A stretch of DNA of 64,000 nt from Oikopleura dioica (Eukaryota; Animalia; Chordata). Every line of letters begins with the position of its first letter. Within the stretch, counting starts at the first letter, position 1. Under the pieces are notes generated by a model. That model saw nothing but the letters and a program-made list of their open reading frames with translations. It did not search any database and was not told the origin of the DNA. Shown piece by piece: positions 13,101 through 26,200 of the stretch. The stretch lies in the NCBI GenBank assembly GCA_907165135.1, contig OU015568.1:10664001-10728000 (forward strand). Reading direction: 5' to 3'. The position numbers were made by a program, and so were the translations under genes.

Positions 13101-13856
13101 ACATGTAAAATCCTAAAAAGCAAATTACCTACTTCCTGATTGAACTTTTCTTTGAAATGTAGGCCTCTGTCGTTTACGATTATGTAAATCATACTCGAAC
13201 ATGTTCTTGTAATAACAAACCTTTTCCTTTGGATTGTTGTCCATTACAATTTCCGTTCGTTGGGTGAACACTGGTCGCGCGCCACTTCGGCGAATTGATA
13301 ATTCAATTTTAACCAAATACTTTTGTCCTGAAAATTCTGTGTTTCGACGCCTTGTTCTTCCTCGGTCGGTGCCGATAGAACGGTTACTCCTAGGCGGTGT
13401 TGGAAAAAATAGTCACTTAGCACTTGAATCTTTGCTTTTTGTTGCCTTCAACAATCTCTAAAAGTTCCATCACCATTCCTACTACTTCTTCCACTTCTAA
13501 GCGATTCGTTATCACGCATTGATCCAGCATCATCCTTCGAATCGCCGCGGAAAAGTTTTTTCAATCGGTTGATGCTCGTATCTCGGAAAGACTTTCGCGA
13601 TCCCGTCTCCGAGTTTCGATCGAATCCTAGGACCGCGGATTTTTTTTCAGGGAAGAAAAATTTGAATTTACCAGAATTGAGTGTTGATGTGGAGCCGGAT
13701 TTGACCAATTGTCCCGGCTCCGTTGATTGAACGGATGGAGGGCGGTTGGTACTCTTGTCCTCTTTTTTGCTTAAAAATGTTCGCGAAATTTTAAAGTTTA
13801 TCGGGTGCTATAACAAAAATCGTATCCGGAGTAAGCTTGTTTATGAAAGTCTGCAT
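7200..13856 (-). CDS. Obscurin/UNC-89/SPEG-like protein: several Ig I-set domains and an MLCK-family kinase-like domain
   Basis: Ig motifs at 12845-12980 joined to 11190-11270, at 9900-10050, at 9050-9300 (HGAYIGRVVNNVG) and at 8800-9000. Kinase exons at 8470-8620 (GSYSIVK..VALK) and 7657-8352 (HLDLRSES, SPEV, TGESPFQG). Further acidic/Ser-rich exons at 7230-7630. Both ends are approximate. Confidence 0.8.
11273..12836. mobile_element. Non-autonomous foldback DNA transposon, 1564 bp, with 519-bp terminal inverted repeats
   Basis: 11273-11791 is the reverse complement of 12318-12836 (no mismatch seen by eye), with a 526-bp spacer. Direct repeats CTTTG flank it at 11268-11272 and 12837-12841. 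No transposase ORF. Confidence 0.95.
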
Positions 13857-14799
13857 TGTTATCTGATGATTTGATTATTTAACTGTTACGTCTTAACATT
13901 TTAACTTTATTTTTAGCGACCATTTCCCATATCTGTCTCGTGAAAGAGATCTTCCGATTCTTCGTATTGCTTTCTTCATTTTTCTTCGTTAAAATCTCTC
14001 TAGGGCAGTCAATGATGTCGATTTTTTCCGGAAGAGATCTCAAGGTCACTCGCCTGAGGCGTAAATCCCAACTGTCCACTCAAGCTCAGAGGAGCCGCAG
14101 CGGGCAGCTGATTTCGGCTGATCCCCTATCAATCCTTTATCAATTCGCAAAAGAAAGGAGGAGCGTCAGGAACCAGTCTCACGCCCCCGGGGGCACGTTG
14201 CAGCGATTCTCGCGTCCCGCCGCTCACAGTAAATTTCGCCTGATCAAAAGCAAAAGCAATAAACTACTGTATGCAGGATAATGGCGCTAATTTCATGTAC
14301 TTGCATCAGAAAGACCATTGGTCACAGCCACTTGCCACTCAGCACGCCGTTGATGGAAAGTACAACCTTGACTTTTGAACCGATCTAATTTCTCAAATCG
14401 CGTAGTTGGTATTCTGTGGCGACAGGGAATCAACATCGCCGTCTGGAGCTCTTGGGAGTTACTCGGGAAGGAAAGGCCTCACAGATTATCACAGATGATA
14501 GATTTTTATGTTGAAAGAAAAAATATAATTTTAATAAACACTTTCAAAAAGGAACACTTTGACCAACCTTTTCTTGCTGGCGCTTAGTATTTTACGAAAC
14601 GTTTCTAAAGCCAAGACTTCAAACAAACCGCCAAAGCCTACCATTTGCATGAACATCGAAATAAAGAATCTAAAGATGTTTATTAGGCTTAGCAATTGTC
14701 AGAAACCAGCCGTTCTGTAAACAGTTGATTCTGGGTGAGCGTAATTTTACTCATTTCCGCATAGTACCTTGATGATTAAGTTTGTCGTGAAAGAAATTT

Positions 14800-16975
14800 G
14801 TGATGGCGAGTTTTAGAGAAATAACATTTGCAATTTCTTGCTTTGTTCTGTTGATTGGGGGCGCGTTATTTGCTGGGCTTTCGATTGGGATACGTTCGAG
14901 ATATTCTATTTCAAAGCGGTGTTAAAACCCAGAATTATAAAAAACTGACCAGCTGGTTAGAAGACACGGAAATAGTCTTAAATTTCGTGCTACTAATAAA
15001 CTGTTTAAATGCCCATCCAAATATGAAAATATAACACTCGGGCGTGGCTGGGGAATTACTGAACGTATCGAAAGACTCTTCGTGACTCCGCCGCCTATAA
15101 TGGCCGCAATTGAATCTTTCATCAGGGGCCATGCTGATCTTGATCTCAAATCATTGAAGGTACGTTTTTTTGGCTCTGATGTTTTGTATTCTTTTTTCAG
15201 GAACTGAATCTTCTGTTGGCTGCGATCGAGTATTTATCTTTGTCAATTGGTGGATTACTATTAATAATTTCGATAACAGGACTTTTTGCATCATGTTATC
15301 AGGAACGGAGTTTATTATTAACAATCGACGATTCTTGTTTCAAATAACATGTTGCATCTTCTCGACTAATTTTGAAGAATTAGATTGTAATCTTGATTTT
15401 AAAAGTTGTCCTGCTCAAGTAGCGAGAGGATATTCTGACCACTCCCTCAAAAGTCGAAATTGGTGCTCTCCCTGTTTGCTGGTGCGCTCACAGTGCCAAT
15501 TTTAGGACTCAGTTGTCCTCAGCCAGCGCTTCCGAGGCTTATCCGGCCTTCCGTCAACGTGAATAAGATTGAGATTTCCTCTTAGAGAGGAAAATGCGAG
15601 TTATATTTATATAACACTTGTGTGGGTGATTAAAATCGTGTAATTACTTGTTACAACAAGCGGGAAATTAGGCATCTAAAATTCAACTTTTCTTCATGAT
15701 TTTATGTAACCAGTGTTTTGGTGGTACGAAAAAAGAGTAGTTTTCGAGATACTCTCAACTGAAAAGCAATTTGTAATTGAAACAACCGACGGAGGGCTCC
15801 GCCCAAAGTAACAGAAATAATTTTTGTTTAGACACGGTGAATAATAAAAAATAAAGCGACAACTTCCTACAGCTAAACTTGCGCTGTTTGCACTCGCTTT
15901 CGTGTTCTATCCAAATATTGCCAGGTCGTGGTGAGTTAATAAATAAAGAAATAATACAACTAGCATCTAAACACCGAAAAAGGATCTTACATCTTATGCA
16001 AGATAATTCTTAAAAACATGCGTCAGAAGATTCATTTGATTTTAGAGTTAAAAGTAAAGGCTTTAAATATAGCTCACACTTATGTTAGGCGGATAATCTA
16101 ATCCGAGCTCTAGCCTCTCTCGTCTGCGGTTTTGATGCGATATTTTCTCACCGCCAAAGCTAAGATAGTGTTTTCACTGCACACGTGAAGGATTATGCTG
16201 TAGACATTGATCAGAAGACACAATTTACTGAATTTATTGATACTATGCAGGTATTCTGGAGGCTCCTTATTTCATATAATTCGTTCTTAAATGAGTTCAT
16301 CAGCGATGGGAATGGTTCGTTTTAGACAGATTTAGGTCGAAAACGACAGCCTCCTAGATGCAAAGCGGAAAAGTTTTTTTAGAGTTCGATGAAGTGCTGC
16401 GGCTGGACCTCATTTCGTGAATACGAGAACGGATATCCCTCATCATGCTGCTCAGGCCAGGTTCTCACCGAATATCTAATCACTATTTCGCGTTTTCTAG
16501 CGTTTCTTTGGTGACTCTTTATAAGCTTATGCCCTGGATCCGGAGAATATCCGCCAAATATCAAGTTGGACTTGTAAAAAGGTAAAAAAGGCTACCAGAC
16601 AGTAGATACAGCTAGAATGAATAAACATGACGGAGAAACGTGAACAGCTCGTAGTAAATTAGAAAAGGGATCTGGGAGGATGAAGGCGCATTGAGCAGTA
16701 CACGCATGTTATGTGACCCCTACATGACCTCGGCTTTTACGTTCTTTAGCCGTTCACGATCGCCTGCGAAGAGGCGGCCTTTGGTGTGCTCAAATGGATC
16801 ATTCTAACGACGATTATTGAAATGGTTCGGAACAGTACTTGTTTTCTTCTATATCTCGAAAAAGAGTCGAACCATGATTTCTGCCATAATTGTTGAAATT
16901 GCGGCGGCTTCGCTTGCCATTTCTCTCATTCGAAAACCGCAAACTCACAAGCCGGAATATCTTTCTTATATGTGA
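14800..16975 (+). CDS. Tetraspanin
   Basis: Exons give TM2 (LSIGGLLLIISITGLFASCYQERSLLL, 15201-15320), TM3 (about 15870-15930), the large loop DTMQ/SSMKCCGWTSF..PSSCC (16180-16460, CCG and PxSCC motifs) and TM4 AIIVEIAAASLAISL ending with TGA at 16973-16975. Start not resolved. Confidence 0.8.
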
Positions 16976-17259
16976 AGGACTTTCTAATTATGCCGCAGAT
17001 ATTTTTCTTTCATAAACCGGTATATGCATTTTTAAAACTTCGCAACTTTCCTAATTGGAGAAATGCACAAAAAAGAGCTTCTAAAAGATAAGCCTCTCAA
17101 TATGTTTAGAAAGCCCTTGATCTGACAACTAAATAGACGGCGCAGTTTATTTAATATGGAATGAGTTTTATTGACTGAGATGTTCTTTCTCGGTTGTTTT
17201 GAATACAGATATGTACAAATAAAGAATACAAAATATCGTTTTCGATTCTTTTTTCATTT

Positions 17260-20200
17260 TTAAACGGCAATTTGTGTTGGAGGGTTGACGTCCTGAAGAA
17301 GAATTTCAATCTTGTGTCGAAGGTCTCGTGAGGTCGGCCGGAGTTCGGCATTCTCTTCCCAGCAAGCTAACATCAAGCTGTGCATTTCTTGCAATTCCGG
17401 GAAATCACAATTATCTGGCGGAGGCAGTCGCCAGCCGGAGAGTACTGCGTCCACAAGTTGTCTCCTGCTAAGTCCCCAGAAGGGCACAGACGTATTTCGA
17501 CAGCAAACCGACCACATGAGGACACCGAGCGCCCACACATCGGACATTTGTGAGAAGATACCCTTTGTGAAAACTTCAGGTGCACTGTTTCGTAATGGAA
17601 TGTAGCCGGAAAGTTCATCGGTTCCACGATTGCTCACGATGTCAAGAACTGGTTCGACATCTGTTTTGCTCGAAAGTTTGATCTTGAAGGTGTTTCCAGC
17701 TACCAAGACAGTATCCACACCCAAATGTCGCAGGATAAATTGGTTCGTATGAAGATAGGCAACTCCACAAGCAATCTGCTTCGAAATGGCAACGGGGTGC
17801 ATGGTTGGTCCCTCAGTAGCGAAATACTCAGCTAGGTTAGACTCGCACATTTCCATCACAACGAGTTTGGGATAATTGGCGGTCATAAATCCTTCGATCC
17901 GTAAGGTGTTCGGTTGATCCAATTGAGCCATGATCTTAAGCTCGTTGAGTTGTTCCTCCGTAGTGACCAAAAGCTCCTTAATGGCCACTGGTCTTCCGTA
18001 TAATTTTCCCGCCGAGATTTTCCCAAGTCGTCCAGATTTCAACGTCACGTCAATCGTGAGTGAGTCACGTGGAAGTTCGCCAGTTCCTTCTAGGATGCTC
18101 GCTTGACGAGAGCAGGGGACGAGGTCGACAGTGCCACTGATAGTCCCATGCCCGTTATTTGCATGGCTCGAAGTTGTAACCACAGAAAACTGCTCTATCG
18201 AGGATCGAGTGCCTTTTAGCCACTGAGGGTCGCCTCGTTTGCGGTAAAGTACGACCGCGATGACAAGTAAAGTGAGAGAAAAGAGGATCGCACCCGTGAT
18301 GATGCCAGCCAGCCACTGAGTGGTCGTCGAAGAGCCCCTCTTATACGGTCGTAGCAATACATCATCTGTCGTTTTGAATCGGATTGACTCAGACCAGTTC
18401 GAAGCTGAAATGCCGGGCGCAAGTTCAGAGTCGGGATGAACACGGACACGAGCTGAGTATTGAACTAGCGGTTGTAATTTGTCCAGCACAAAGGTAGACT
18501 CAGCGGTTTCAATAATTCTTTTGAGGCGGATGTTTGAAAGCTCTTCTATCAGCTCGATTTCGATCTTTTTCTGCCTTCTGCTGCTGGATGTTCTTCAAAG
18601 AAAAGGAGGAAATCAGCAGAATCGTGCGCTAAAAATTAAATATGAATATTTTTCACTCATCTTTTATAAAGCATTTGCATGAAGAACTTTTTCGCACGTA
18701 CCGAGTGACAATAGTCGCAGGTTTTTAACGACCAAGCGGTTTGGAATTGTTCGGGCGAGGGTGACCGCAATCTTCTTGGTGGTATAGCCAGCTTCTAAGG
18801 CGCTTTCTGAGGCGGCGTTTTCACTTTGAACCTCAAAGCGATATTCTTTGCTCCGATCCAAATTGGCGAGTTCTACTTCCGTGCGGTCGATTGTGCCGGT
18901 TGGTAAATCTACGTTTATGCAGGGCATGCAAGAGGACTCTTCCGCACACTCGCTGCACAAAACGCGATAGACGGTTTCATCTCCTATTCTTGGCCGTTTC
19001 CAGGATAGAAGTACATTCGTCGAATTCAAACTCTGGGCTCGGAGATTCTCGACTGGACCAGGAAGTGCCAGGCACGGGCCTGCTGACCCAGCGCGGAAAT
19101 GGCCGCTCTCACACGTGCAATCCTTTGATCCTGGGCGCGACGAGGAGTTTCGCGGACATCGTTGGCACTGACCGCGGCCGGGCGAAGACTTGTATGTACC
19201 AGCAGGGCATTCTGAAATTATTGCGTTATTACGAGTAGACACTAGAAAGTGGCATTTTCAAAAAACGAAAGGGTCTTCCAAGAGGCGAGTTAATTAAAGT
19301 CCTGTCACGGGTCGGACAAGCTCATTAGCGCGTAAAGAAGTTCCGAGCTTCTAAAAGAAATTCCGAAGCTGTAAGCTAACAAATGTTATTTTTACACCAT
19401 ATTTAGGCGGTGTCTAAATAGTCGATTTTCGGGGTGATTTCTAATCTGCTGGATTTTGATAACGCCGCGTCAAAATTGAAGAAGCGCCACTTCCGCCGAA
19501 AAAGGAGGCTGGTGAGAATGGTTGGGTAAATTCCACGACGCAAGTGCTCCCAAAATCCGCAAGCTATAACGCTATAAATGCTCCTCCCAACTCACAACAA
19601 GTAATTATCACTTGCATTTGCTGACGCCGCTTTTGGACCCGCTGCGCCCGCAAAGAAAACATTAGAAAGAAAAGGCGTTCTATTTTGGATTTGACGTCTA
19701 TTTCCGATATAAATCCACATGACAGCGAACTTTTGCATAAATTCTTGCAAATTCCAAATTTCTAATCTGAGGACAAAAGACTCTAGAATTTCCGCCGAGG
19801 ATGTGCGCCCAGCCCATTGTTGAATAGATAGGAAATGGGATACTCGATTGCCAAAAGAGGGTACTCTATTCATGCATTATCTTTGCGGTTAGATTGTTAC
19901 CTAAGCATTTTTGGCCGTCGTCGTCGCCCTGGTAGCCAGATTTGCAATTGCAGGAAGCAGAAGAGAGTCGCCAGAAACCATCTGATCCGCAGTGATAAGA
20001 AGGTTTGTCTCCTTAATTTAATGCACGATTAATAATCAAGTTTTAAACGAAGACACGTGATTTTTACTTTTAGTATGGTACTTGTGCTCTAAGTACTCTA
20101 AACAGGGCGCGTCGCGAGAAAAATCAACGCGGCGGAGGTCTGTTGCCCCAACACATGTGACAAAGAAAAACAACTTTACCGTTTTGAATTGCGTTTTCTA

Positions 20201-23200
20201 CACAAACGCCTTCTTGATTGATGATTGAAGCCGCTGTTGCTCCAGTGTGGGTGCGGCCGAATTCGGCGAAATCGGCCACCACGGCTGGGCAATACTTGTA
20301 CGATACTTTTACGTGAGAAAGCTCCATGCAGGCGCCTGTATTGACGAAGGCAATGAAGATGCCGTTTCCAAAGAGGGGACCAATGTTGATCTGCTCGACT
20401 GTTATGTCTTCTGTACTTGCAACTGTGTCGACAAGAGTCCATTGCGTCGTATCCTGAGTCGAAGGAGCGATTCTTGGTCGATCCAGAGAAGTAGATTGAT
20501 TCACGAGAATGGAAAATTTCTCGCGGCAGAATGATCCGGACATTTTCGCGCAAGATCTAAAAAATCGTTATTGCCACTAAAACGCTACGTTGCGCATGTC
20601 AAGCTTCACTTAGAAAGGCTGCTTTACAAGTTATTGTTTTGCCTAAATCGGCTAAAATTCGTGCTGCCGCAGAATCAAGCTCGGGGGCCATCCGGCTCAA
20701 GCTCGCTCAGCGGCCGCCTTGAATATGCACCCACAAACAGGCCTGAGCATGTAGCTGGTTGACAAGTGAGCGCTTGTTTCCGCAACTTGCGCGAAATTAT
20801 CAGCCTCTCAGAATAACGGCAGTACTTTTGCTTGCAGCCCTTTAAATCGATAATTGCGGTCATTCATTGCCGCATTTTAATAAGAAGGAAGCGACGATAA
20901 ACAACATAAAACCACTGACTTATCGACATGTCGGTTACTTTGCTAATTAAACACAAGCTGCACTCTGAGCGGAGTTAATAAATTATCCACTCATGTACTG
21001 CAGAATGGGAAACAAGGGGCGTCGCTTTACCTGATGGCGTATTTAATCTCCAGCTCGACGTTTCTAGCTCCTTTGGTGTCGATGAAGGGGCTTATTACCC
21101 AGCTGTCTTCGCTCTTTTGTCGTGGACAGGCTTGAAGAGCCCTGATCATGTCGCGGTTTTCGTCGTAAGAAGTCACATCTTGCCACTGAACGATTTCGGG
21201 TTAATTCTGCACCAACTGTAACGTGTTAAATGTTTAAGGCATCTTGAGGACCCGTCTGTTGTCTTTCAGAAGAGAGCTACTCGCTGAATAATGCACCTCA
21301 TGAGGGTTCAATCAACCACTGAGTGCTTACACATGTATCATACTGTAGCAATAACTTTCTAATTCAACTCGCGATTATTCAATTCGGTATCTGTTAAGTA
21401 TTGCTGAAATAGCTTGAGGTCTGGGCTACTTCATCGACGCACGTTGAGGTCGGTGAAAATGCAAATTCACCCTGTGCGGAATACTTTTTACGAATCGTCG
21501 GAAAATTAACTTGCGAAAAACGTGAAGACATCGTACGGGAAAAAGTGCAAATTACGATCTTAATTCTGTCTTTTCTTCCCATGAAAATTTAATCCCGAGA
21601 CATTTTCAAGAACAAGGAACTTTTTATTGAAACAAAAAAGATGTTCTTCAGTATGACCTCGTTTTATTTCATGGTTGCTCTACAAAAACAAGGGATTACC
21701 CGATACTGCGGTAACACCACGTTTTTTTACGTTGATACTTTATCTACGGAAGAGTTGAGAGGTACTTAACTTAATTCACAAAGCAAAAAATGTAAAATTA
21801 GAAAACGGGATAAATTGATTTGCTCTGTGGAAACCTTCGCGGTTAGAAATTAATCGAGTTAATTGTTCTGGGGCGGGTACGGCATGTTGCCTTGAGTGAC
21901 GCAAATTTGAATTCCACCTGTACCGCAAATTGGCCCACTGGGGCCGATAGGTTAGTTCCATCGTGCCGCAACTAGCTCCCCTGTGTACCCACGGCGACGC
22001 CCTGAGCCGGATCCTGTGGCTCAGTTCATCACCCTCAATTACTATCTTTAGTGCTCATTTATATTTACGATTCAGCAAGGAAAACACATATTTTGAAGAC
22101 TACCTTTATTTAATTTGTTCATTTTACACGCGTGCGCAAGCATCAATTTTAAAGATAAAACCAAATCGAGCACCAATCAAAAATAATCGACTCTGACAAG
22201 AGTCGGATTGTTTGGAGCTCTTGACCGGAAGTGAAGGATTAATCACGTGGCTCAAATATTTAAATCTGATTTTAACACAGCCGTCACCAGTGTTACTTAT
22301 AATTTCCAAGCGTTTATTCTTGAGATGAGCCGCTTCTAACTAAGCAAACTCTTCTTTTTAGTGTTTACCTTCGAAGAATCCGGAAAGTGCCATCCAGATC
22401 GGCTCAGCTCGGTCGTCTGCTTCGACGTATCCAGTAGATATTCTGAAATAAAGAAATTAGCGATCCACGTGACGATGACAAGGAGTTCGAGGTTGAAGCT
22501 GACCGCGAATATCAGCTGATATAAAAATCACAGCAGGGTGCCAATATTTTTCGCCTTATCCTCACAGCAGGGGGTGCCGTGGAAGATTATCTGCCCACAG
22601 AGACATATGGACTAGGGGTTTGATAAGCCGAATGGCTGACCTTTTTCTGTGTTATATGGTGTGTCTTTATTAGTTCGTTTACTACATGAGAAGATCACAA
22701 AAAGCAACTTCGAAAAAACTTCAGTTCCAGTTTTTTTTGTAATCCGACCGTGCTCTCCTTTCCGTTTTCCTAGATGCACGGAGATTTTTGATAAACTCGT
22801 ACGGGCTCGTACTTCCAGTGCTTTGGCGTCGGGTTTATTTTCATATCCCTATCCCGAGTGGTAGTTTATGGATTACGAAAGATGACCATCATCACTTTTA
22901 AAGCGAAAAAGGTTGAGAAGCATGTTCGCTTTTAATTTTATATGACAGGCTGTGTCATAGCTCGGCTGCCCTCTTCCTTCCGGAAAAGGTCAATCTGTTT
23001 CAAAGGTGACCAAACCCAATTAACTCTCCGAAGGTCGCTTTTTTGCAGAGCGGCATTTTCTAAATTGATGCTGCATCTGGCCCTTCCAAACCTTTTCAAA
23101 AATGCGTGAACGTGACCAAATTCGTCCCATGAAAATGCAAATGAGGGCAGAAAAAAAAGTGTTCAACCCTAGTTTCGCCCAAGTTTCAACAGAAAAAGAT

Positions 23201-26200
23201 ATTGCGCAAGGGTTGGGACAGAAGTTGAATAATTTACTTTCGCAGAAATAATTATCGTAAAAATAACTATTCGCACAATGTTGGATGATCAAATTAAATT
23301 ATGATCAAATAGATATTTCATTTGATATTATTTCATTATCTAGATATGCTCATATTTCTAGCTCCCAACTTATATTATCAAGACAAACGAAGACACATGT
23401 TTTTTCTTGATTTCATCACTCCTTTTTTTCCGCGCGAATGTGTTATGCGACAAATGAACGGAGAAGATGGGCAAATTTGCAATTTGGAAATCGTATAAAA
23501 CGAATTTTAAATTTCCCCCAGTCCACGAATGCAAAAACATAAATCTGCCTTGCAGCTGGTTAATTTGTTCGAATTCGCGTTAAAATTCGATTTTATGCCA
23601 AACAGAACTTGCCGCGCGCAGCGGATATAATATTCTGGGTGAAAAGAAAATCTAAAGATCTTGGTTAAAGTTCGATGAAACGAAGTTCAAAACTCCGGAA
23701 TTTATTGACCCAACTTCAGGATAATCTTGAGCGAGGACAACATCCGTCCGAGTTCACAAAATCTCGACAGGAAGAAAATCTTGTACCTAGCAATCTCCAG
23801 TTATTTCATATTTTGTAATCTTTCCTCTGTTTCCATCCGTAATCTTCCTAATAATCTCCCTATCTGCATCTTGCTCCTGTATTAAAACAGTATTATGCTA
23901 AAGATATTTACTGGAAAATGACTCACAATGGTTCGCCTGAGCGCTTGTAAGACTCGATGTTTTACAATTGTTAAAATGAAAGAGTTCTAGCGCGTTTTGC
24001 ATTTGGCCAAAAACAGTTAAAAACGAATTGGAGGAAGATTCGGAGCTATTTTTATCACTGACATCACTGTTTTCGTGCTCTACATCGGAGTCGCTCAAAA
24101 TCACAGTTACAACACTGAAGCTCACGTTCGCACACGTGATTGTTATGCCGCGTTAAATTCCTTGCTTTGATACTTCGAAATTTCGAACCTCATTCGAGCT
24201 CGTTTTACTTTTAGAATACTACCGTACCGCGCTCTTGGATATTCAATTGGTACTCTGAATTTTTAATCGCCAGGTTCACCACAGAGTACTTTGGTTGCCC
24301 GGGCGTTTACGCCTTGTTGGTATTTTTCAAGTGGCAGTGTTTTTTCACTCTGCGCATTTTACGCTAAAATCGGACGGCTTGATGCTTCCCTCGAAAAGAG
24401 AACATATCTGGCCGGCTGGGACAGATACACGGAAGGTACAAAACGGGACGAGTCTGCTTCCTAATGTCAGTTCAATATTCAAATAGTCTTCCGTCGCTGG
24501 ATGCATATTTAATGCATGCGGCACCCCTAAGGGACTGCAGAGGAGTTCATATTTAATCACGCTTAGCGCCCGTTTAATTCATTCAACGTGATACGTAGCA
24601 CCTGCTGTGGCCACTCTAACGATGCATAGTTCGCGCGGTGGAAAGATGTTCCTAAAACGCTCTAAATCGACTTTCAATTAGAACTCGGAGTGGCCGGCCG
24701 TTCAAGAATTACTGCTTTTTAAACGCAAGACTCAACTTTTTCTAAAAAAGCTTTAGAAAATTTATCAAATGAAGGCAAAACTCGAAAAATCTTCAGTTTA
24801 GTTGATATTCCAAAAATTGATTTACACTCTTAATCCATTTATAAATTTGCTGACCTCGTGATGCGATTTTATTTCGTGGCATTATAAATCTTCAAATTTA
24901 ATCAAGTTGGTTCCTTTCATCCGCGATAAATCTGATGAGATTTATGAATATAGAATACCGCTTTATTAGTCCCTTAGGGTTGGCACTCATGGCTGATAAA
25001 AAATGCAAATTTTTAATTCACACTCGAGGACCTCGTATTCTATCGTCTAATAGAAAGTTCACTGAAAGTAATTTCCATTAAGACAGTGTTAGAGACATCC
25101 TTTGTGTCAGTAATATCCCGTGAATTTGCTTCCTTCGTCCGGTATCTCACGGGCCGGTCCAGCCTCCCGAGCCCTTAATTTTCGCCTTATCGGCTCAACT
25201 TCCAAGCCACTATCAGATCGCTCCAAGAAGTCGAAACTCTTCTTCAAAAGAAAATAACGATATATAAATCGGGTTCAAAGCCGCTTCCTCAATACTTATT
25301 TTATAGCTCCAATAATTTTCATACGAAAGGCGTTTTTTCCAATGGATGATCCCCCGTAAAACAGGATTTATAGTACTCAGGAATTAGGTGAGGTGTCGAG
25401 TGATTTAGGTCATGAGCCCTGGGTTTTTTTACAATACTTGAGGACGAATTAAAGTGCCAAAACATGATTGACAGCAAATTTCACGGCAAAATGGTGGTCT
25501 GAAAAATCAGAGGCGCTGCCGGACACGGGTAAATTTTCACCATCAAAGGTCCTATTTACTTCTAAAATTAGCATGAGTATTTACTGCTACACAGCAAGCA
25601 GCTCTAATCGTTCCGATTTTCGGCTAATCGGAAGCTCATTGATCGTCAGAGCCGAATGCTGAGCTGTCAATCACGAGTCAGCAAGAAAATTATTTATTGG
25701 TGATGTCGGAAAGACGAAAAGAAAATTTACTATTTTCATAGAAGTATGTCAGATCCGATTGTTTGAGTGATGGGGCCCAGGCATGCCGCCAACAGCGGAG
25801 ACATCTGACGGCGGTTTTTATTTCCCCTCGGTGAAAATTGCCAATCGTGGAAATACGACACTCTACGAGGATATGTGTTTGCCAACTGACCGGATATTCC
25901 GAGTGCGATCGCTCATTCAGAAAACCGAAACATGTTCAAAAGCTCGCTCTCAGCGCCGGGGCCAATTTTGAGCTCCAAATTACCCTCGACAGCTGGGATT
26001 AAAACTTGGCAGTGGAGAAATTGGCACCGACTTTCTTCGAAATACCCATGTCAAAATCTGCATAGAAAAAAAGGACAAACCTCTTAACTCATCAGTTTTT
26101 CGATTCAGTTTTTGTTCATAGAAGCAGCAAAACTGGAAATCACAGGTTTTGCATCATTATCAAATGCTAGGGTGGGCTATTTTGACAATAAGCTTCTAAA

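Noticed and set aside
15400-15600. Minus-strand peptide GRPDKPRKRW resembling the C-terminus of a non-LTR retrotransposon ORF inside a tetraspanin intron
   Set aside because: Only about 10 residues of similarity, no RT motifs, poly-A or TSD.
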